In this document: positions 27,386 through 38,541 of the stretch, in pieces
Layout: every line of letters begins with the position of its first letter
How positions within the stretch are numbered: position 1 is the stretch's first letter
Source: an uncultured bacterium
Lineage (GTDB): Bacteria > CSSED10-310 > CALFER01
Reading direction: 5' to 3'
DNA: 64,000 nucleotides
Assembly: GCA_937951895.1 (NCBI GenBank)
Contig: CALFER010000079.1
Span: forward strand, 4,050-68,049
Made by a program: the position numbers and the translations under genes
Notes under the pieces: generated by a model
The model's input: only the letters and a program-made list of their open reading frames with translations
What the model was told of the DNA's origin: nothing
Databases searched by the model: none

Positions 27386-30300
27386 TGTCCCCACCCGAAC
27401 TCCCATGAATCCATCCCGCCGAACAACTCGGACATCCCGGCGTTCGTCATGGCAGCATACCAGAGAATCCCGTCGGCGGAACCTGAAATCTGCGGCCAAT
27501 TGAATACAGGCAATATCACCATTTCCTCGCGTCCTTGATGGAGATCGATCACATACCGGTCAAATGACGTGTAACCGGGGGCGAAGAAATAACTTCCGTA
27601 GACATCCAGCAGCACAAACAACGGCACATCGGAATAGGTCTCATCGGAGGGATTGCACAGGAAAACGGAGCATCCGCAGGGATCCCCCTCCCGGAAGAAA
27701 TGCGCCGGCATCCACAATTCGACACCCAGTTCACCGCAAGCGGGTGTTTCGGTCGGAAGCACGGTCGGTGTGTGTGACGGTTCGGCCGTGGCGGTCGGTT
27801 GGGATGTCGGTGTCATCGACGGTGTCGGCGATCGTGTGGGAGATGGAGTGGATGTGGGTGATGGCGTAAGTGTCGGGGTTCGGGTCGGAGTTGCAGTGGG
27901 TGGCACGGGGGTGGAGGTGGGGGTCGGAGTTCGCGACGGGGTCGGGGTGGGTGTCCGGCTCGGTGTCTGAGTCGGTGTCCGCGTCGGGGTCGCGGTCGCC
28001 GTCGATGTCGGGGTCGGCGGATTGAGAAGCGTCGGATAGTGATATCCGATGTCCACAATACCCACGTCGGGAATCTCGTCGATCCGCGTCGTGAATTCAT
28101 CGAGACACTTCGGGACGATCGTCATACAGATCGAATCAGCGGGCTCGCTACCCGCATCGATGCATGGGCTGAGGGCACGGGCGGTCACATCCAGATAGTA
28201 ATCGCCGTCGGGACCGGAAACGAAATGCGGATCGAGATCGATGTTGCTGTAGCCGGCGCCGGACCATCCTCCCTGGACATCGCTGTATGCGACCGTGATC
28301 GAGCCGGTCCCGGACGATACGCCGAGCACATTCCCCCAGAGAATCGCGTTCAGGATGATCGGTGAACCGGTCAGATTGAGTGCGTAACCTCCGTTATTGG
28401 CAACAGTGATATTGACCAGGGTCGCGATGGTCGATTCGATTCCGTTTCCTCCGTTATTGACCGAAGCGACATTCTGCATCCAGACATCCGCGGTAGTATT
28501 CAGCGCAATGCCGGCTCCGCTGCAATTCGCAACCAGCGTGTTCTCGATTCGAATCTCCTCGGATAGGATCTGATCCAGTCCCTTTGCCGCCGAATGGTCG
28601 AACACGCAATCCGACATCGGCATTGAATGCCCGTAATTCATCACCATCGGATTTCCCGATGCGCCACCGTATCGGATCCTGACTGAGCGAAATTCAGACT
28701 CCTCGCTCGATGAATCACTCAGCACATAGGCCCAATCGCCCGGAGCCGGTGTCGTGGCATTGCCGTCGTTCCAGGTGTCTCCGCCGATTGAATCGTCCTT
28801 CCACGAGGTTATGGAAATCGGCGCGGATGGGTTGCCGATCGCCGACAGATTGCCCAGATTGGTGATCGCACCGCTTTGCATCTTCAGGACGATTCCCGGA
28901 TCGATGGTGAGGGAACTGCCGGAGTCGATGGCAAACCCGGTGGATGCAAATGCAAAGTCGTTGGTCGCGCTCAGATTCCCTGAAATACTGGTCTGCGGCA
29001 GCAGTATGGCATCGATCGCGTTACCGGCTCCTGCGTTGTTTTCGACAGTGCCAAACCCTCGAATCGGATAGCTTCCGCATTGATGGATCTGGTTTCCGGA
29101 AATGATGTTGAGGGGATAAAACACCGTCACGTCGATCCCTGCGCCGATTGTATATGCGATCTGGTTGTTCGAGATTGTGCATGGTGAGAACGTCGAAACG
29201 AGCAACCCCGGTCCACCGGAATACTCGATGATCGAATGCTGGAAGGATGGCGCTACATTCCCCAACAGCACGGATGGGTTTCCGAACGCACCATTGTACC
29301 GGAAAATCCCGTAATCGATGCTCCCGACCCCTCCCGATCCGTAACTCAGCGTGTTCCAATCTCCTGAGGCAGGCGTTGTCGCACTTCCGTCGTGATAGGT
29401 ATCACCCGCGTAATCATCATCCTTCCATGATGTAAACACGATTGGATCGGATGAAGTGCCTGCAATCGACATGGTTCCATCGACCTGAATACTGCCGGAT
29501 TCCATCTTGACGACGACCCCCGGTTCAATGATCATCGTATCCCCGATATTGATGTGGAATCCTTGAGCGGCATAGACATGATCAGCGGGCAGAGTGCCAT
29601 CTATGTCTGTGTTCGGGAGCAGGATTGCGTCGATCGCATTGTCATGCAGGTCGTTTCCGGACAGATTGCCGAAGCCGCGGATCGGATAACTGCCGCAATG
29701 ATGGATGTCATTGTTCTGTATGAGTGTATCCGACAGATAACCGGATATGAACAGACCGCTGCCTCCGATGTGTGCGATTGTGTTGTTGCTGATGTTTCCG
29801 GGGTTCACCAGGGCGAGTTGAACGGCGTTGTTGGCGCAATACTCGATGACACAGTTCTGCATATCGGCCTGAGGACAGGCCAACACAACGGCAGTATTTC
29901 CGTACGCGCCGGCATATCGGACGGTGCAGCTGTTCAGAGTGTTCGGCTGGCTGCCTCCGAAACTGAGATACGACCAGTCACCCGCAGCCGGCGATGTCGA
30001 CGTTCCGTCGTGGTATGTGTCACCGCCCGCAGTGTCATCCTTCCATGATGTAAACACGACTGGATGCCCGGTCGTTCCGGATGTCGACAGCACGCCGCTG
30101 ACCGAAACACTCGCGCCGTTTTCCATTTTAATCACCGCATCCGGGAGTAACTCCAATGTGTCATCCGCCGCGACGCTGAATCCCTGCGTCACAAAAACGA
30201 AGGAGTTCGATGGGTCGATCGTCCCGCTCACATTCGTGTTCGGAATCAGGATCCCATCGATTGCGTTGCCGCTGCCGGTATTGTTCACGATCTCACCGAA

Positions 30301-31566
30301 ACCACGGATCGGATAACTCGCACAGTTCGATATCTGGCAATCTTCGATGACTGTATCGGGATGAAAAGTCGTCAGTGTGATTCCAGAGCTGCCCACATTC
30401 GATATGATGGTGTTGCGGATCACCGATGCCAGCGTGCCGCTTGAGTAAATACCGTAAGACCCGCAGTGTTCGATCGTCGAATTCGTCACGATGGCCGGAA
30501 TTGCCTCAAAAAGCACGGCGATGTTCATTCCATACGCACCGGCGTATCGTACGATGCAATGATTCAGATCCGAATCGACCGAAGTCGATGCGAGGGTGAT
30601 CCCCACCCAGTCACCCGGCCACGGCTGGGTACCCGAGCCATTGTGCCAGGTATCACCGCCATAGGTATCATCGTGAATCGACGTGAACACAATGGGATGT
30701 GCCGTCTCACCCTGCATGGTCATCGTTCCCGACACGGTGATTCCCGACGTGCTCTTGATGACAACTCCGGGTTCGATCGCGAGCGTATCTCCGGAAGCGA
30801 CGCTGAACCCGCTTCCCACATTCAAAAACACGAAATCATTCGACGCAGACATGACTCCCTCGATCGCCCCCTGAGGCAACACGATCCCCTCCACCGCATT
30901 GTTGTTCCCCGTGTTGTTCACGATATTGCCGAAGCCGACGATCGGGTATCCGTTGCAATTCTGGAAATCATTACCCACGATGGATGTGCCGGGAACATAG
31001 TGTTGGAAGTAAACGGCATCGTATCCGGTATTCGAAAATGAATTGTAATCGATCGTCGAAGGGGCGATTTCACCGGTGACGAGAATGGCACGGTGCAGGA
31101 GGTGATTGAACGAGCTGTTTGTGACGGTGACCGGCACACTCAACGTTCGCAGCGCGGCTTCGTTCCCCTGACCGGCATACTCGATGATGCAGTGATCGAA
31201 CACCGAGCCCGTTGACGACCCGTTCAACTGAATATTGACCCAGTCCCCGGCGGATGGACTGCCCTGATTCGACGTGAAGGTGATTGGAAGAAGTTCCGTT
31301 CCCGCCGCCGATAGCGTTCCGTTGATGACGAGTTGATGAAAAGCGCTCAGCCTGACCTGGACGCCGGGATCGATGGTCAGAGTGACACCGGCATTGACTG
31401 TCACTGTCGTGGTCGTGACATACGGACTTCCCATCAGAGTCCAGGTTGTGTCAACCGTGATGCTTCCACCGACCGGAGTTTCCGCCAGTGCGGGTTGAAG
31501 GACTCCGGACAAAATTCCACCCAGGACACACAACACCAATGCGATGTTGGTCGGCATCCCCCTCAT
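27382..31566 (-). CDS. Giant secreted parallel beta-helix repeat protein (about 1390 aa) with Pro/Thr linker and the recurrent C-terminal domain
   Basis: GGAGGAGG RBS before ATG 31566; repeated modules IVFTS..DD..GGDT...G....GDW; SPCIDAG...DIGYHY; C-terminal [12 protein letters not shown]...FNWP...WEFGW. Confidence 0.85.
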   Translation of the reverse strand: MRGMPTNIALVLCVLGGILSGVLQPALAETPVGGSITVDTTWTLMGSPYVTTTTVTVNAGVTLTIDPGVQVRLSAFHQLVINGTLSAAGTELLPITFTSNQGSPSAGDWVNIQLNGSSTGSVFDHCIIEYAGQGNEAALRTLSVPVTVTNSSFNHLLHRAILVTGEIAPSTIDYNSFSNTGYDAVYFQHYVPGTSIVGNDFQNCNGYPIVGFGNIVNNTGNNNAVEGIVLPQGAIEGVMSASNDFVFLNVGSGFSVASGDTLAIEPGVVIKSTSGITVSGTMTMQGETAHPIVFTSIHDDTYGGDTWHNGSGTQPWPGDWVGITLASTSVDSDLNHCIVRYAGAYGMNIAVLFEAIPAIVTNSTIEHCGSYGIYSSGTLASVIRNTIISNVGSSGITLTTFHPDTVIEDCQISNCASYPIRGFGEIVNNTGSGNAIDGILIPNTNVSGTIDPSNSFVFVTQGFSVAADDTLELLPDAVIKMENGASVSVSGVLSTSGTTGHPVVFTSWKDDTAGGDTYHDGTSTSPAAGDWSYLSFGGSQPNTLNSCTVRYAGAYGNTAVVLACPQADMQNCVIEYCANNAVQLALVNPGNISNNTIAHIGGSGLFISGYLSDTLIQNNDIHHCGSYPIRGFGNLSGNDLHDNAIDAILLPNTDIDGTLPADHVYAAQGFHINIGDTMIIEPGVVVKMESGSIQVDGTMSIAGTSSDPIVFTSWKDDDYAGDTYHDGSATTPASGDWNTLSYGSGGVGSIDYGIFRYNGAFGNPSVLLGNVAPSFQHSIIEYSGGPGLLVSTFSPCTISNNQIAYTIGAGIDVTVFYPLNIISGNQIHQCGSYPIRGFGTVENNAGAGNAIDAILLPQTSISGNLSATNDFAFASTGFAIDSGSSLTIDPGIVLKMQSGAITNLGNLSAIGNPSAPISITSWKDDSIGGDTWNDGNATTPAPGDWAYVLSDSSSEESEFRSVRIRYGGASGNPMVMNYGHSMPMSDCVFDHSAAKGLDQILSEEIRIENTLVANCSGAGIALNTTADVWMQNVASVNNGGNGIESTIATLVNITVANNGGYALNLTGSPIILNAILWGNVLGVSSGTGSITVAYSDVQGGWSGAGYSNIDLDPHFVSGPDGDYYLDVTARALSPCIDAGSEPADSICMTIVPKCLDEFTTRIDEIPDVGIVDIGYHYPTLLNPPTPTSTATATPTRTPTQTPSRTPTPTPSRTPTPTSTPVPPTATPTRTPTLTPSPTSTPSPTRSPTPSMTPTSQPTATAEPSHTPTVLPTETPACGELGVELWMPAHFFREGDPCGCSVFLCNPSDETYSDVPLFVLLDVYGSYFFAPGYTSFDRYVIDLHQGREEMVILPVFNWPQISGSADGILWYAAMTNAGMSELFGGMDSWEFGWGQ

Positions 31567-31810
31567 AAAACCTCCTCCTGATACCATACCGTCCAGGTAA
31601 TCGATCCGACAGGTTCAATCTGTGATTGACGGGTTCCCCACTCCCCTGCAGTCTAAACAAGTCAGGATTTTCGGTCAATAGAACATATCTATCGAAGCAC
31701 GGAGAAGCTTGAACGGAAGTTCCGGCGGTTCACGGGTTTATTTTTTGCCTGTTTTCGAATAGACTCCCTGCAGTATTCAAAGCAGGATACTGGAAAGCCG
31801 CAGGAACCTT

Positions 31811-33523
31811 ATGACAGGCAGATCGACTCGACATCTTCCCGATATCTGGCTCAAGGCATCGGTTCTGGGCAGTTTATGGGCCTCCAACGAGATCCTTCTG
31901 GGCAGTTTTCTTCATAATCTCAGAATCCCCTTCTCCGGAGCGTTTCTCGCCGCCGTCGGTGTCGCGATCCTGATCGGAGGTCGCCATATGTGGCCGGTCC
32001 GGGGTCTCTTCTGGCGTGCCGGCCTGATCTGCGCGGCTGTGAAATCGATCTCCCCGTCAGCCGTGATTCTCGGCCCCATGGTCGGAATCACTGCCGAAAG
32101 CCTGCTGCTGGAAGCCGTCATCCGTCTCGTCGGCGCCAGAACTCTCGGCTTCGCCCTCGGTGGAGCGCTCGCGGTCTCCTGGAGTCTCTTTCAGCAGATT
32201 TCCACGTACATACTGACATTCGGGATCGATATCGTCGATCTCTATTCGGGCCTCTACATGATGCTGGCCCGGGGTCTGAACATCCCTCGGATCGCTCCGA
32301 TGGATCTGATCTCGCTGCTTCTGATTCTCCATGCCGCACTCGGTCTGCTCGCCGCTGTTTCCGCGATCGCGATCGGTCGCCGGGCGATCCGGTTCATCGA
32401 TACGACTCCGGCGATCTCGCGCCTGACCGGACTCGATCCCGATCGCCGCAACATGCTCCGGATCAACGATTCCACCCAGTCTTTTTCCCTGTCTCTGCTC
32501 GGCGCCAACATCGCCGTCATCGCGTTCGGTCTCTGGCTTCTCGATCGACAGCCATTGCTCGCAGGTCTCGCTGTCCTGATTATCTACGCATTCTTCAACG
32601 CGGCTCGGTATCGAAACGCTTTCCGTCGCATGTCGCGCCCCGGTTTCTGGATCAGCCTCGCACTCGTCCTGATCAGCTCCGGTTTTCTGCTCGGCGCCGC
32701 CCGTCTCGATGACCATTCCGGTTGGGAAGCGGGTTTTCGGATGACCGTCCGTGCGATTCTGATCGTGATCGGGTTTTCCGCTCTGAGTGTCGAACTGCGC
32801 AATCCGAAACTCGTCACCTGGTTCGCCCGCCGGCGTCTCCAGGCATTTCCGGAAGCGCTCAGTGTCGCATTCGACGCGCTCCCGGCACTCGCATCCCTTG
32901 CCCCCTCCGCCGATCAGTTCATCCGGCGACCGCTCCACGCGCTGCCCGCCATGCTCCGACATGCCGACACATGGGTTCAGGCGCGGCAATCCCGCCGGAA
33001 CCGGGTCGTGTTCGTGACCGGACGGACGAGTCAGGGGAAAAGCATCATGACGCAACGGATCGTCGAGAATCTCCGGGAACGCGGCGCCCGTGTGGCCGGC
33101 ATCGCCGCGCCCGGCATCTGGCGCGAAGGCGTCCGCGAAGGCTTCGACATCATCGACCTGACTACCTCGGAGCGCACTCCGCTTTGCCGCCGCGATCCAG
33201 CTGTCTCGGACCCCCTCACCCTGCCATATATCTTTCTGGATGAGGGGATCCATGCCGGCCGAAAAGCGCTCGAAAACGATTCGGTGCGGGACGCCGATGT
33301 CGTGATCGTCGATGAAGTCGGGTTTCTGGAACTGGAAGGTAAACTCTGGGCCGAATCGCTCGACCGCCTGGTCCGCGAGTATAACGGCCCGATGATCTGG
33401 GTCGTGCGCCGAAATTTCGTGAAACAGGCCGCCTCGAAGTGGCTCAAATCCGAACCCCTCGTCTATGACGTCGAATCGGCTGACGCGGAATCGATCGCAC
33501 GCGAGGTCTACCCGAATCGGTGA
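31811..33523 (+). CDS. Polytopic membrane protein (ECF-component-like) fused to a C-terminal NTPase_1/THEP1-type P-loop domain
   Basis: About 10 TM segments; C-terminal VTGRTSQGKS Walker A, GFDIIDL, VVIVDEVGFLEL.G Walker B. Confidence 0.7.
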   Translation: MTGRSTRHLPDIWLKASVLGSLWASNEILLGSFLHNLRIPFSGAFLAAVGVAILIGGRHMWPVRGLFWRAGLICAAVKSISPSAVILGPMVGITAESLLLEAVIRLVGARTLGFALGGALAVSWSLFQQISTYILTFGIDIVDLYSGLYMMLARGLNIPRIAPMDLISLLLILHAALGLLAAVSAIAIGRRAIRFIDTTPAISRLTGLDPDRRNMLRINDSTQSFSLSLLGANIAVIAFGLWLLDRQPLLAGLAVLIIYAFFNAARYRNAFRRMSRPGFWISLALVLISSGFLLGAARLDDHSGWEAGFRMTVRAILIVIGFSALSVELRNPKLVTWFARRRLQAFPEALSVAFDALPALASLAPSADQFIRRPLHALPAMLRHADTWVQARQSRRNRVVFVTGRTSQGKSIMTQRIVENLRERGARVAGIAAPGIWREGVREGFDIIDLTTSERTPLCRRDPAVSDPLTLPYIFLDEGIHAGRKALENDSVRDADVVIVDEVGFLELEGKLWAESLDRLVREYNGPMIWVVRRNFVKQAASKWLKSEPLVYDVESADAESIAREVYPNR

Positions 33524-33550
33524 TTCACCCTTTTCGGTCACGAGGTGATG

Positions 33551-35233
33551 ATGACAACGATTGACACCTGTTCGTCCGGAACCGGCTCCCGGTTATGCAT
33601 GATTCTGTCCGTTTTTCTTGCGTGCGCACCCTGCACGGCCCAGCAGATCAACGGACGCGACGTCATACTCGATGGTGAAGGAAAACTCCTGTCATGGATC
33701 AACCCGAATCCCTCCATCGCCTACATCGGAATCATCGATCTCGCGCTTGAATTCATCCGGACGGATGTCCAATCCGAACACGGCTACCCGAACTATTTCT
33801 GCAGACCCTCCTATCAGCGCGCCGAACCGCATGAGGGCACCGACTGGTTTTCGAACCCGTCGGATGTGCTGTCCGGATTCATTCACAGTTACATCGATGA
33901 TTACTATGCATTCACTGGCGATGCGTCGCTCAATGATGATGTCATTCTGTTCGCGGACTACATGATCGAACAGGGGAGCACGCCGATCGGCACAGGGTGG
34001 GCCTGGCAGGGCTGCCCGTATCCGCAGGATTTCGGAGGCGTGCTGCCCCCCCGATCGTCGGATCGGGAAGGAATGATCGCGCCACACCTGACGGGGAAAC
34101 TCGGGCGCTATTATACCTGGCTGTACCGGTTTACCGAAGACACCCGGTTTCTGACGGCTGCGATCCGTTGCGCGGACGCCCTGGTTGCCAACGTTCGAGC
34201 CGGCACCCAACTTCAATCACCCTGGCCGTACCGCGTCATGCCCGAGACGAACCTTGTGTATCAGAACTGTGACTACTGCGCGGATGTGATCGACCCGATC
34301 GAACTTTTCGATGAACTGATCGATCTGGGACACGATCCCGGCGGTATGTATACGTCGGTGCGACATGCCGTATGGACGTGGCTGTTTTCATCCGATGGAC
34401 CGGTTGTGACGGGAAACTGGGGCAACTTCTTCGAGGACGCCAATTATCGATTCGCCAATCACTGTCAGATCAACACGGGCGAAACAGCCCGCTACTGTCT
34501 CGAAAACCCCGACAAGGATCCCGACTGGCAATCCCACGCACAAACGCTCATCACGCAGCAGGAATCGATCTACGGGGAAATCCAGTACGGCGCGATGGTG
34601 ATGAACGAGCAGATCGACTGGTATTACCCGATGATCAGCCATACCGCTCGATACGCATCGATCTGTGCGCTCTATTACGAAATGACCGGCGATGCCGTGT
34701 ATCGTGAAAAAGCCTATCGCGGCTACAACTGGAGCACCTACGGGAGTTGCCCGGAAAAGGCCCGTGTTCTGGTCGAAACGATCACGGTTCCCCCGACGAC
34801 ATCCGGCTGGTATACGGACTGCCACGGCGATTTCCTTCAGCACATCTTCGCGGGTCTGGCATCCGTGCCGGACTGGGCGCCGGATAACGAAAGTCACCTG
34901 CTCCGATCGACGTCGATCGTGCAGACCATCACGTACGAACCGGATTCCATCACCTATCGCACGTTTGACGCGGACTCGAAGGAAGTGTTCAGAATCGTCG
35001 ACAAACCATTCTCGGTTACAGTCGACGGCATCCCTCTCGCGGAACGGACGGATCTGACCGAACCGGGCTGGACCTGGGAATCGAACAAGGGTTCCGGAGT
35101 CTGCCGGATCTGGCATACGACCGGCCGCAACATTGCGATCGAGCATCTTGCGCTGCCCGCGTTCGATCCCGTTGGCATCGCATCGATTCTGATCGTTCTC
35201 TCCGTGTTGCTGCTGCGTTCGCGGCGCCGCTGA
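33551..35233 (+). CDS. Secreted protein (possibly an alpha/alpha-barrel enzyme) with IPTL-CTERM-like tail
   Basis: Signal-like MILSVFLACAPCTA; Trp/Tyr-rich helical core; ends LPAFDPVGIASILIVLSVLLLRSRRR. Start is uncertain (33545-33551). Confidence 0.6.
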   Translation: MTTIDTCSSGTGSRLCMILSVFLACAPCTAQQINGRDVILDGEGKLLSWINPNPSIAYIGIIDLALEFIRTDVQSEHGYPNYFCRPSYQRAEPHEGTDWFSNPSDVLSGFIHSYIDDYYAFTGDASLNDDVILFADYMIEQGSTPIGTGWAWQGCPYPQDFGGVLPPRSSDREGMIAPHLTGKLGRYYTWLYRFTEDTRFLTAAIRCADALVANVRAGTQLQSPWPYRVMPETNLVYQNCDYCADVIDPIELFDELIDLGHDPGGMYTSVRHAVWTWLFSSDGPVVTGNWGNFFEDANYRFANHCQINTGETARYCLENPDKDPDWQSHAQTLITQQESIYGEIQYGAMVMNEQIDWYYPMISHTARYASICALYYEMTGDAVYREKAYRGYNWSTYGSCPEKARVLVETITVPPTTSGWYTDCHGDFLQHIFAGLASVPDWAPDNESHLLRSTSIVQTITYEPDSITYRTFDADSKEVFRIVDKPFSVTVDGIPLAERTDLTEPGWTWESNKGSGVCRIWHTTGRNIAIEHLALPAFDPVGIASILIVLSVLLLRSRRR

Positions 35234-35321
35234 CTCAACGATCCCGACGCGATCGAATCAGGGACACGAATCGACGATTATAAAGGACGGTGGGTTCATA
35301 TTCATCCTCTCTCGACGTCCG

Positions 35322-35777
35322 TCAGTCGTGAGTCGCGTGCGGTAGAGCGTCGGCTCCGAGACCCTGGTCGATTCCTTTCATCTTGTACAGTTTAATTGCA
35401 ATTATTCCTGAGAATAATATGAAGTCGTTATCAGTAGTGAAAATTTCAAACTGCCTCCGGTTGGCGACTGCACAAATTAAAAAATCCGTATTTGAACCCT
35501 GAATTCCAATCCGTCTGCAAACATTGAAATATCGGGCGGCTTCTTCATAATCCGCGGCTGAAATCGGTTCATCCGGAAACGCAGACAATCGTTTCTTCAA
35601 ACGGTCGAATTGGCTTCCACTCCGGATTCCCGAAAGCAGTTCTTGCCGGACAGGTCCTATCATCACGACTCTGTGATCCGCAATCAAACTTTCCAGTTCG
35701 CGCCTGATGGCTATGGAGATTTCTTTCGTTCGTCGAAGCGCCAGAGACCAGATGCTTGTATCGACAAGAACTTTCAA
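35322..35777 (-). CDS. vapC: PIN-domain toxin, VapC family
   Basis: MKVLVDTSIWS, VRQELLSG, NTDFLICA, FTTDNDF. Confidence 0.9.
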   Translation of the reverse strand: MKVLVDTSIWSLALRRTKEISIAIRRELESLIADHRVVMIGPVRQELLSGIRSGSQFDRLKKRLSAFPDEPISAADYEEAARYFNVCRRIGIQGSNTDFLICAVANRRQFEIFTTDNDFILFSGIIAIKLYKMKGIDQGLGADALPHATHD

Positions 35778-35989
35778 GATTTCGACCTTTGCTGCTTATA
35801 ATCATAGTCCGGATCATATTCGATGGAACCGAATAGAAGAAAGATTTTTTCCTGTTCAAGCCTGTCGATATACTCCTGCAATGCTTTTGTGACTGCCTCT
35901 CTTTTTGTCCGGTGTCTGCCGAGTCTTTGAGCTTTGATAATCAGCTTGTCATCAATTTGGAGATTCGTCGCCACAATCATCACCTCCAC
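35774..35989 (-). CDS. vapB: VapB-type antitoxin
   Basis: ATNLQIDDKLI...TKREAVTKALQEY RHH-like pattern; 4-nt overlap upstream of the PIN gene. Confidence 0.85.
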   Translation of the reverse strand: MEVMIVATNLQIDDKLIIKAQRLGRHRTKREAVTKALQEYIDRLEQEKIFLLFGSIEYDPDYDYKQQRSKS

Positions 35990-36113
35990 ACACTATTCTA
36001 CACATCAAGATGTGTGAAATCAAGTTCTGCTGAAAAGAATCGAATGTCAGCCATCACGCGTTGGGGAAACCGTGCCGAAGGCACAGGGATTCGCTGCGCC
36101 GGACAGTTCGGGA

Positions 36114-36557
36114 TCATTCCTTATTCATGTGCAGAGCGATACAATTGCCCTCCGAGTCTTCAAACTCCGCTACAAAACCGTAGTCTCCAGTGTCCGTTTT
36201 TGGGTAAATCAACTTACCTCCCGCACCAATCGCGTTTTTAAGCGTGGAATCAATGTCTGTCGTTGAAAAGTAAACCCGGGTTCCCTTCAGCGACGGTTGA
36301 TAACTCTCGCCTTTTGCGAGGGCTCCGGTAGCACCCTCGCCCCCGATCTGATATGGAAATAGCGCCATATCATTGCCATCGATGTTCTGCCTTTCAAAGG
36401 TGACGCCAAATGTCCGGGAGTAAAAAGCGACTGCTCGATCCATATCTCGGACCGGAATTTCAAAATAGAATACGGGATTTTTCATATGATCTTTCTGTGA
36501 GAGGGAGGCACAACCAGCCACAAGGATCAACAAGCTGGCGGCGACGATGGCTTTCAA
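36114..36557 (-). CDS. VOC/glyoxalase family protein with lipoprotein signal
   Basis: TTG start; lipobox LVAGC; YFEIPVRDMDRAVAFY...F, AEFEDSEGNCIAL. Confidence 0.85.
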   Translation of the reverse strand: MKAIVAASLLILVAGCASLSQKDHMKNPVFYFEIPVRDMDRAVAFYSRTFGVTFERQNIDGNDMALFPYQIGGEGATGALAKGESYQPSLKGTRVYFSTTDIDSTLKNAIGAGGKLIYPKTDTGDYGFVAEFEDSEGNCIALHMNKE

Positions 36558-36565
36558 GGGTTATA

Positions 36566-38446
36566 TCAAGGTCCATACCCCCATTCGACCATTGCATGAT
36601 TGCCGCGAATCGCCGTCATATCCTCGTTCAGCATCGCTCCCCAGAACCGTAATCCGGTCACGGTTTCCGATCCGGTTTCCGGCCAGTCGAACGGAGGCAG
36701 GATCGTGAGTTCCGTGCTGCCGGTCGGGACCACCTCATACGAAAAATCGACTGTCGCCGGATCGGCCGGATCGAACATCTGCCATCCCGGCCAGAACCAG
36801 TAGCTTCCCTGGATATCCAGGAAAACGAACGTCGGCACATCGGTGAGCCCCTCATCCGGATTGTCCAGATACGCCGTCACGAAAAAGGATTCCCCGGGAT
36901 GCGCCATCGCGGGCAGATCCAGCCGAACGCCCATAACGAGAGGTGGTTCGGTGGGGGCCGATGTCGGAGTCATGCTCGGGGTAAAGGTCGGAACGGGAGG
37001 AACCGTCGCCGTCGGCTCGACGGTCGGAGACGGCGAAGGGGTCGGTGTCTGGAACACGTTGCCGAACGATCCGTCGGGATTGATGTTCTGCCCGTAGACA
37101 TCACCGTCATCCGAACGATGATCGTCCCAGATGAACAGGGCCGGACCCCAGATCGACAGCGCGGATTCGTGGAACAGTTTGTCGGAGTTCACCGTGGACG
37201 CGCCGACAATCTGCGGAGTCCACACGAAACTGCCCTCGGCATCGATTCGTGTCGCAAACAGGTGGAACACACCGGCGGACACCTCGGACATGTAACTGAC
37301 CAGCGCATCACCCTCCATCGATAACACATTCAACTGCTGCTCGTTCTGCGAATCGACGGCCGTGAGACTCTTGCCCGCATCAGTCCACATTCTCTGACCG
37401 GTCGACGAGATCTTCTGCCCGTAAATGCCCCACGCGCTCTGATTGAAGTTTTCCTCGACCCAGAACGTCAGCACATCCTGTGTCGCAGGCAGAAAAATCG
37501 CAACGGGATTGACGCGCTGATACGGATCGCTCGTCGATACAGCGACACCGTTGTGCCCGAATGCCTCGATTCCGGCACTCGTCAGCCGCTGCACATAACA
37601 CTGCAGGAGGGATTGCGAGGTGTCGTACCACGAGAACAGCGCACCGCCCGCACCATCCGTCGCAAAGTCCGGGAAATTCCCGAACTGAAGCGATCCGGTA
37701 TCGAAGACGACCACGGGATTCGATCCCCACACCGCGTCGCCGTCCGCGTTGATTTTCTGGGCATAGAGATGTTTGCTTCCGGTAAACGTCAGGTATTGAA
37801 CGAACGACGCGATGACTGTTCCATCTTCACTCTCACCCATATCCGAAACCATCAGGGTGCCGCCATTCGGATCGGTCACGATCAACGGAGTCGTCCATTG
37901 CGGCGTTCCACTGATGTCCAGACGCTGGAAAACAGAGGTGTCTTCGTCAATCCAGCCGGCGACGAAGCTGCCGTCGGGCATGGCCGCTGCCTCCGGCTTG
38001 GCAAAGTAGTTCGTGCCGGATGTGAGTTGAATGCCGTTCCCCCAGGGCAGCGATCCATCCGGCAGGACCAGATTGGCGACGACCTGGTCCGAACCGGTCG
38101 CATCCGACATGTATGCCAGAAACACCTGGTTGTCGGCATTCCGGGCCAGTGCGTAGTCCATGACGGATGAGTAGTTCAGATTGCCGACGAGAATTCCGTT
38201 GGGTGCCCAGACTTCGTTGCCTTCAAAGTCAAGCCGTTGAAGGCGGACATCGTAGCCTGAGCCCGAATCATACCAACTGACGAAGCAGCCTCCGTCGGTC
38301 GACGGCACGATGTGCGGGACCGTCTGAGCCCCGCTCCCGTCCGCAATCATCATGTTCACGGCAGGATCCGTCGACCATGCGGCCATCAGGTGTCCGTTCG
38401 CAAAGCACAGAGTCAGCGCGAGAAACCCGGTGAATAAACGTTGCAT
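36566..38446 (-). CDS. Secreted repeat protein (DG.GG..VSW / YAQ.I...G...W repeats) with Pro/Thr linker and the recurrent C-terminal domain
   Basis: ATG 38446 with signal peptide; C-terminal FLDIQGSYWFWPGW...FDWP...GLRFWGAM...EWGYGP. Confidence 0.75.
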   Translation of the reverse strand: MQRLFTGFLALTLCFANGHLMAAWSTDPAVNMMIADGSGAQTVPHIVPSTDGGCFVSWYDSGSGYDVRLQRLDFEGNEVWAPNGILVGNLNYSSVMDYALARNADNQVFLAYMSDATGSDQVVANLVLPDGSLPWGNGIQLTSGTNYFAKPEAAAMPDGSFVAGWIDEDTSVFQRLDISGTPQWTTPLIVTDPNGGTLMVSDMGESEDGTVIASFVQYLTFTGSKHLYAQKINADGDAVWGSNPVVVFDTGSLQFGNFPDFATDGAGGALFSWYDTSQSLLQCYVQRLTSAGIEAFGHNGVAVSTSDPYQRVNPVAIFLPATQDVLTFWVEENFNQSAWGIYGQKISSTGQRMWTDAGKSLTAVDSQNEQQLNVLSMEGDALVSYMSEVSAGVFHLFATRIDAEGSFVWTPQIVGASTVNSDKLFHESALSIWGPALFIWDDHRSDDGDVYGQNINPDGSFGNVFQTPTPSPSPTVEPTATVPPVPTFTPSMTPTSAPTEPPLVMGVRLDLPAMAHPGESFFVTAYLDNPDEGLTDVPTFVFLDIQGSYWFWPGWQMFDPADPATVDFSYEVVPTGSTELTILPPFDWPETGSETVTGLRFWGAMLNEDMTAIRGNHAMVEWGYGP

Positions 38447-38541
38447 ACTTTTACCCTCCCCATCTCTGAGGCTACCGGAAGCGGGGAGTTTCGGCAAGGT
38501 CCATTGCCGAATTTCAAGCGCTGAGGAAACTCGTCAGCCGC

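Noticed and set aside
31590-31810. Cobalamin riboswitch ahead of the ECF-like/NTPase gene
   Set aside because: The conserved B12-box elements could not be found by eye; an Rfam scan would settle it.
35341-35376. tRNA or tRNA fragment (GGTAGAGC...GGTCGATTCC)
   Set aside because: D-arm to T-loop spacing is about 9 nt too short, there is no TTC and no acceptor stem, and it lies inside the vapC 3' end.
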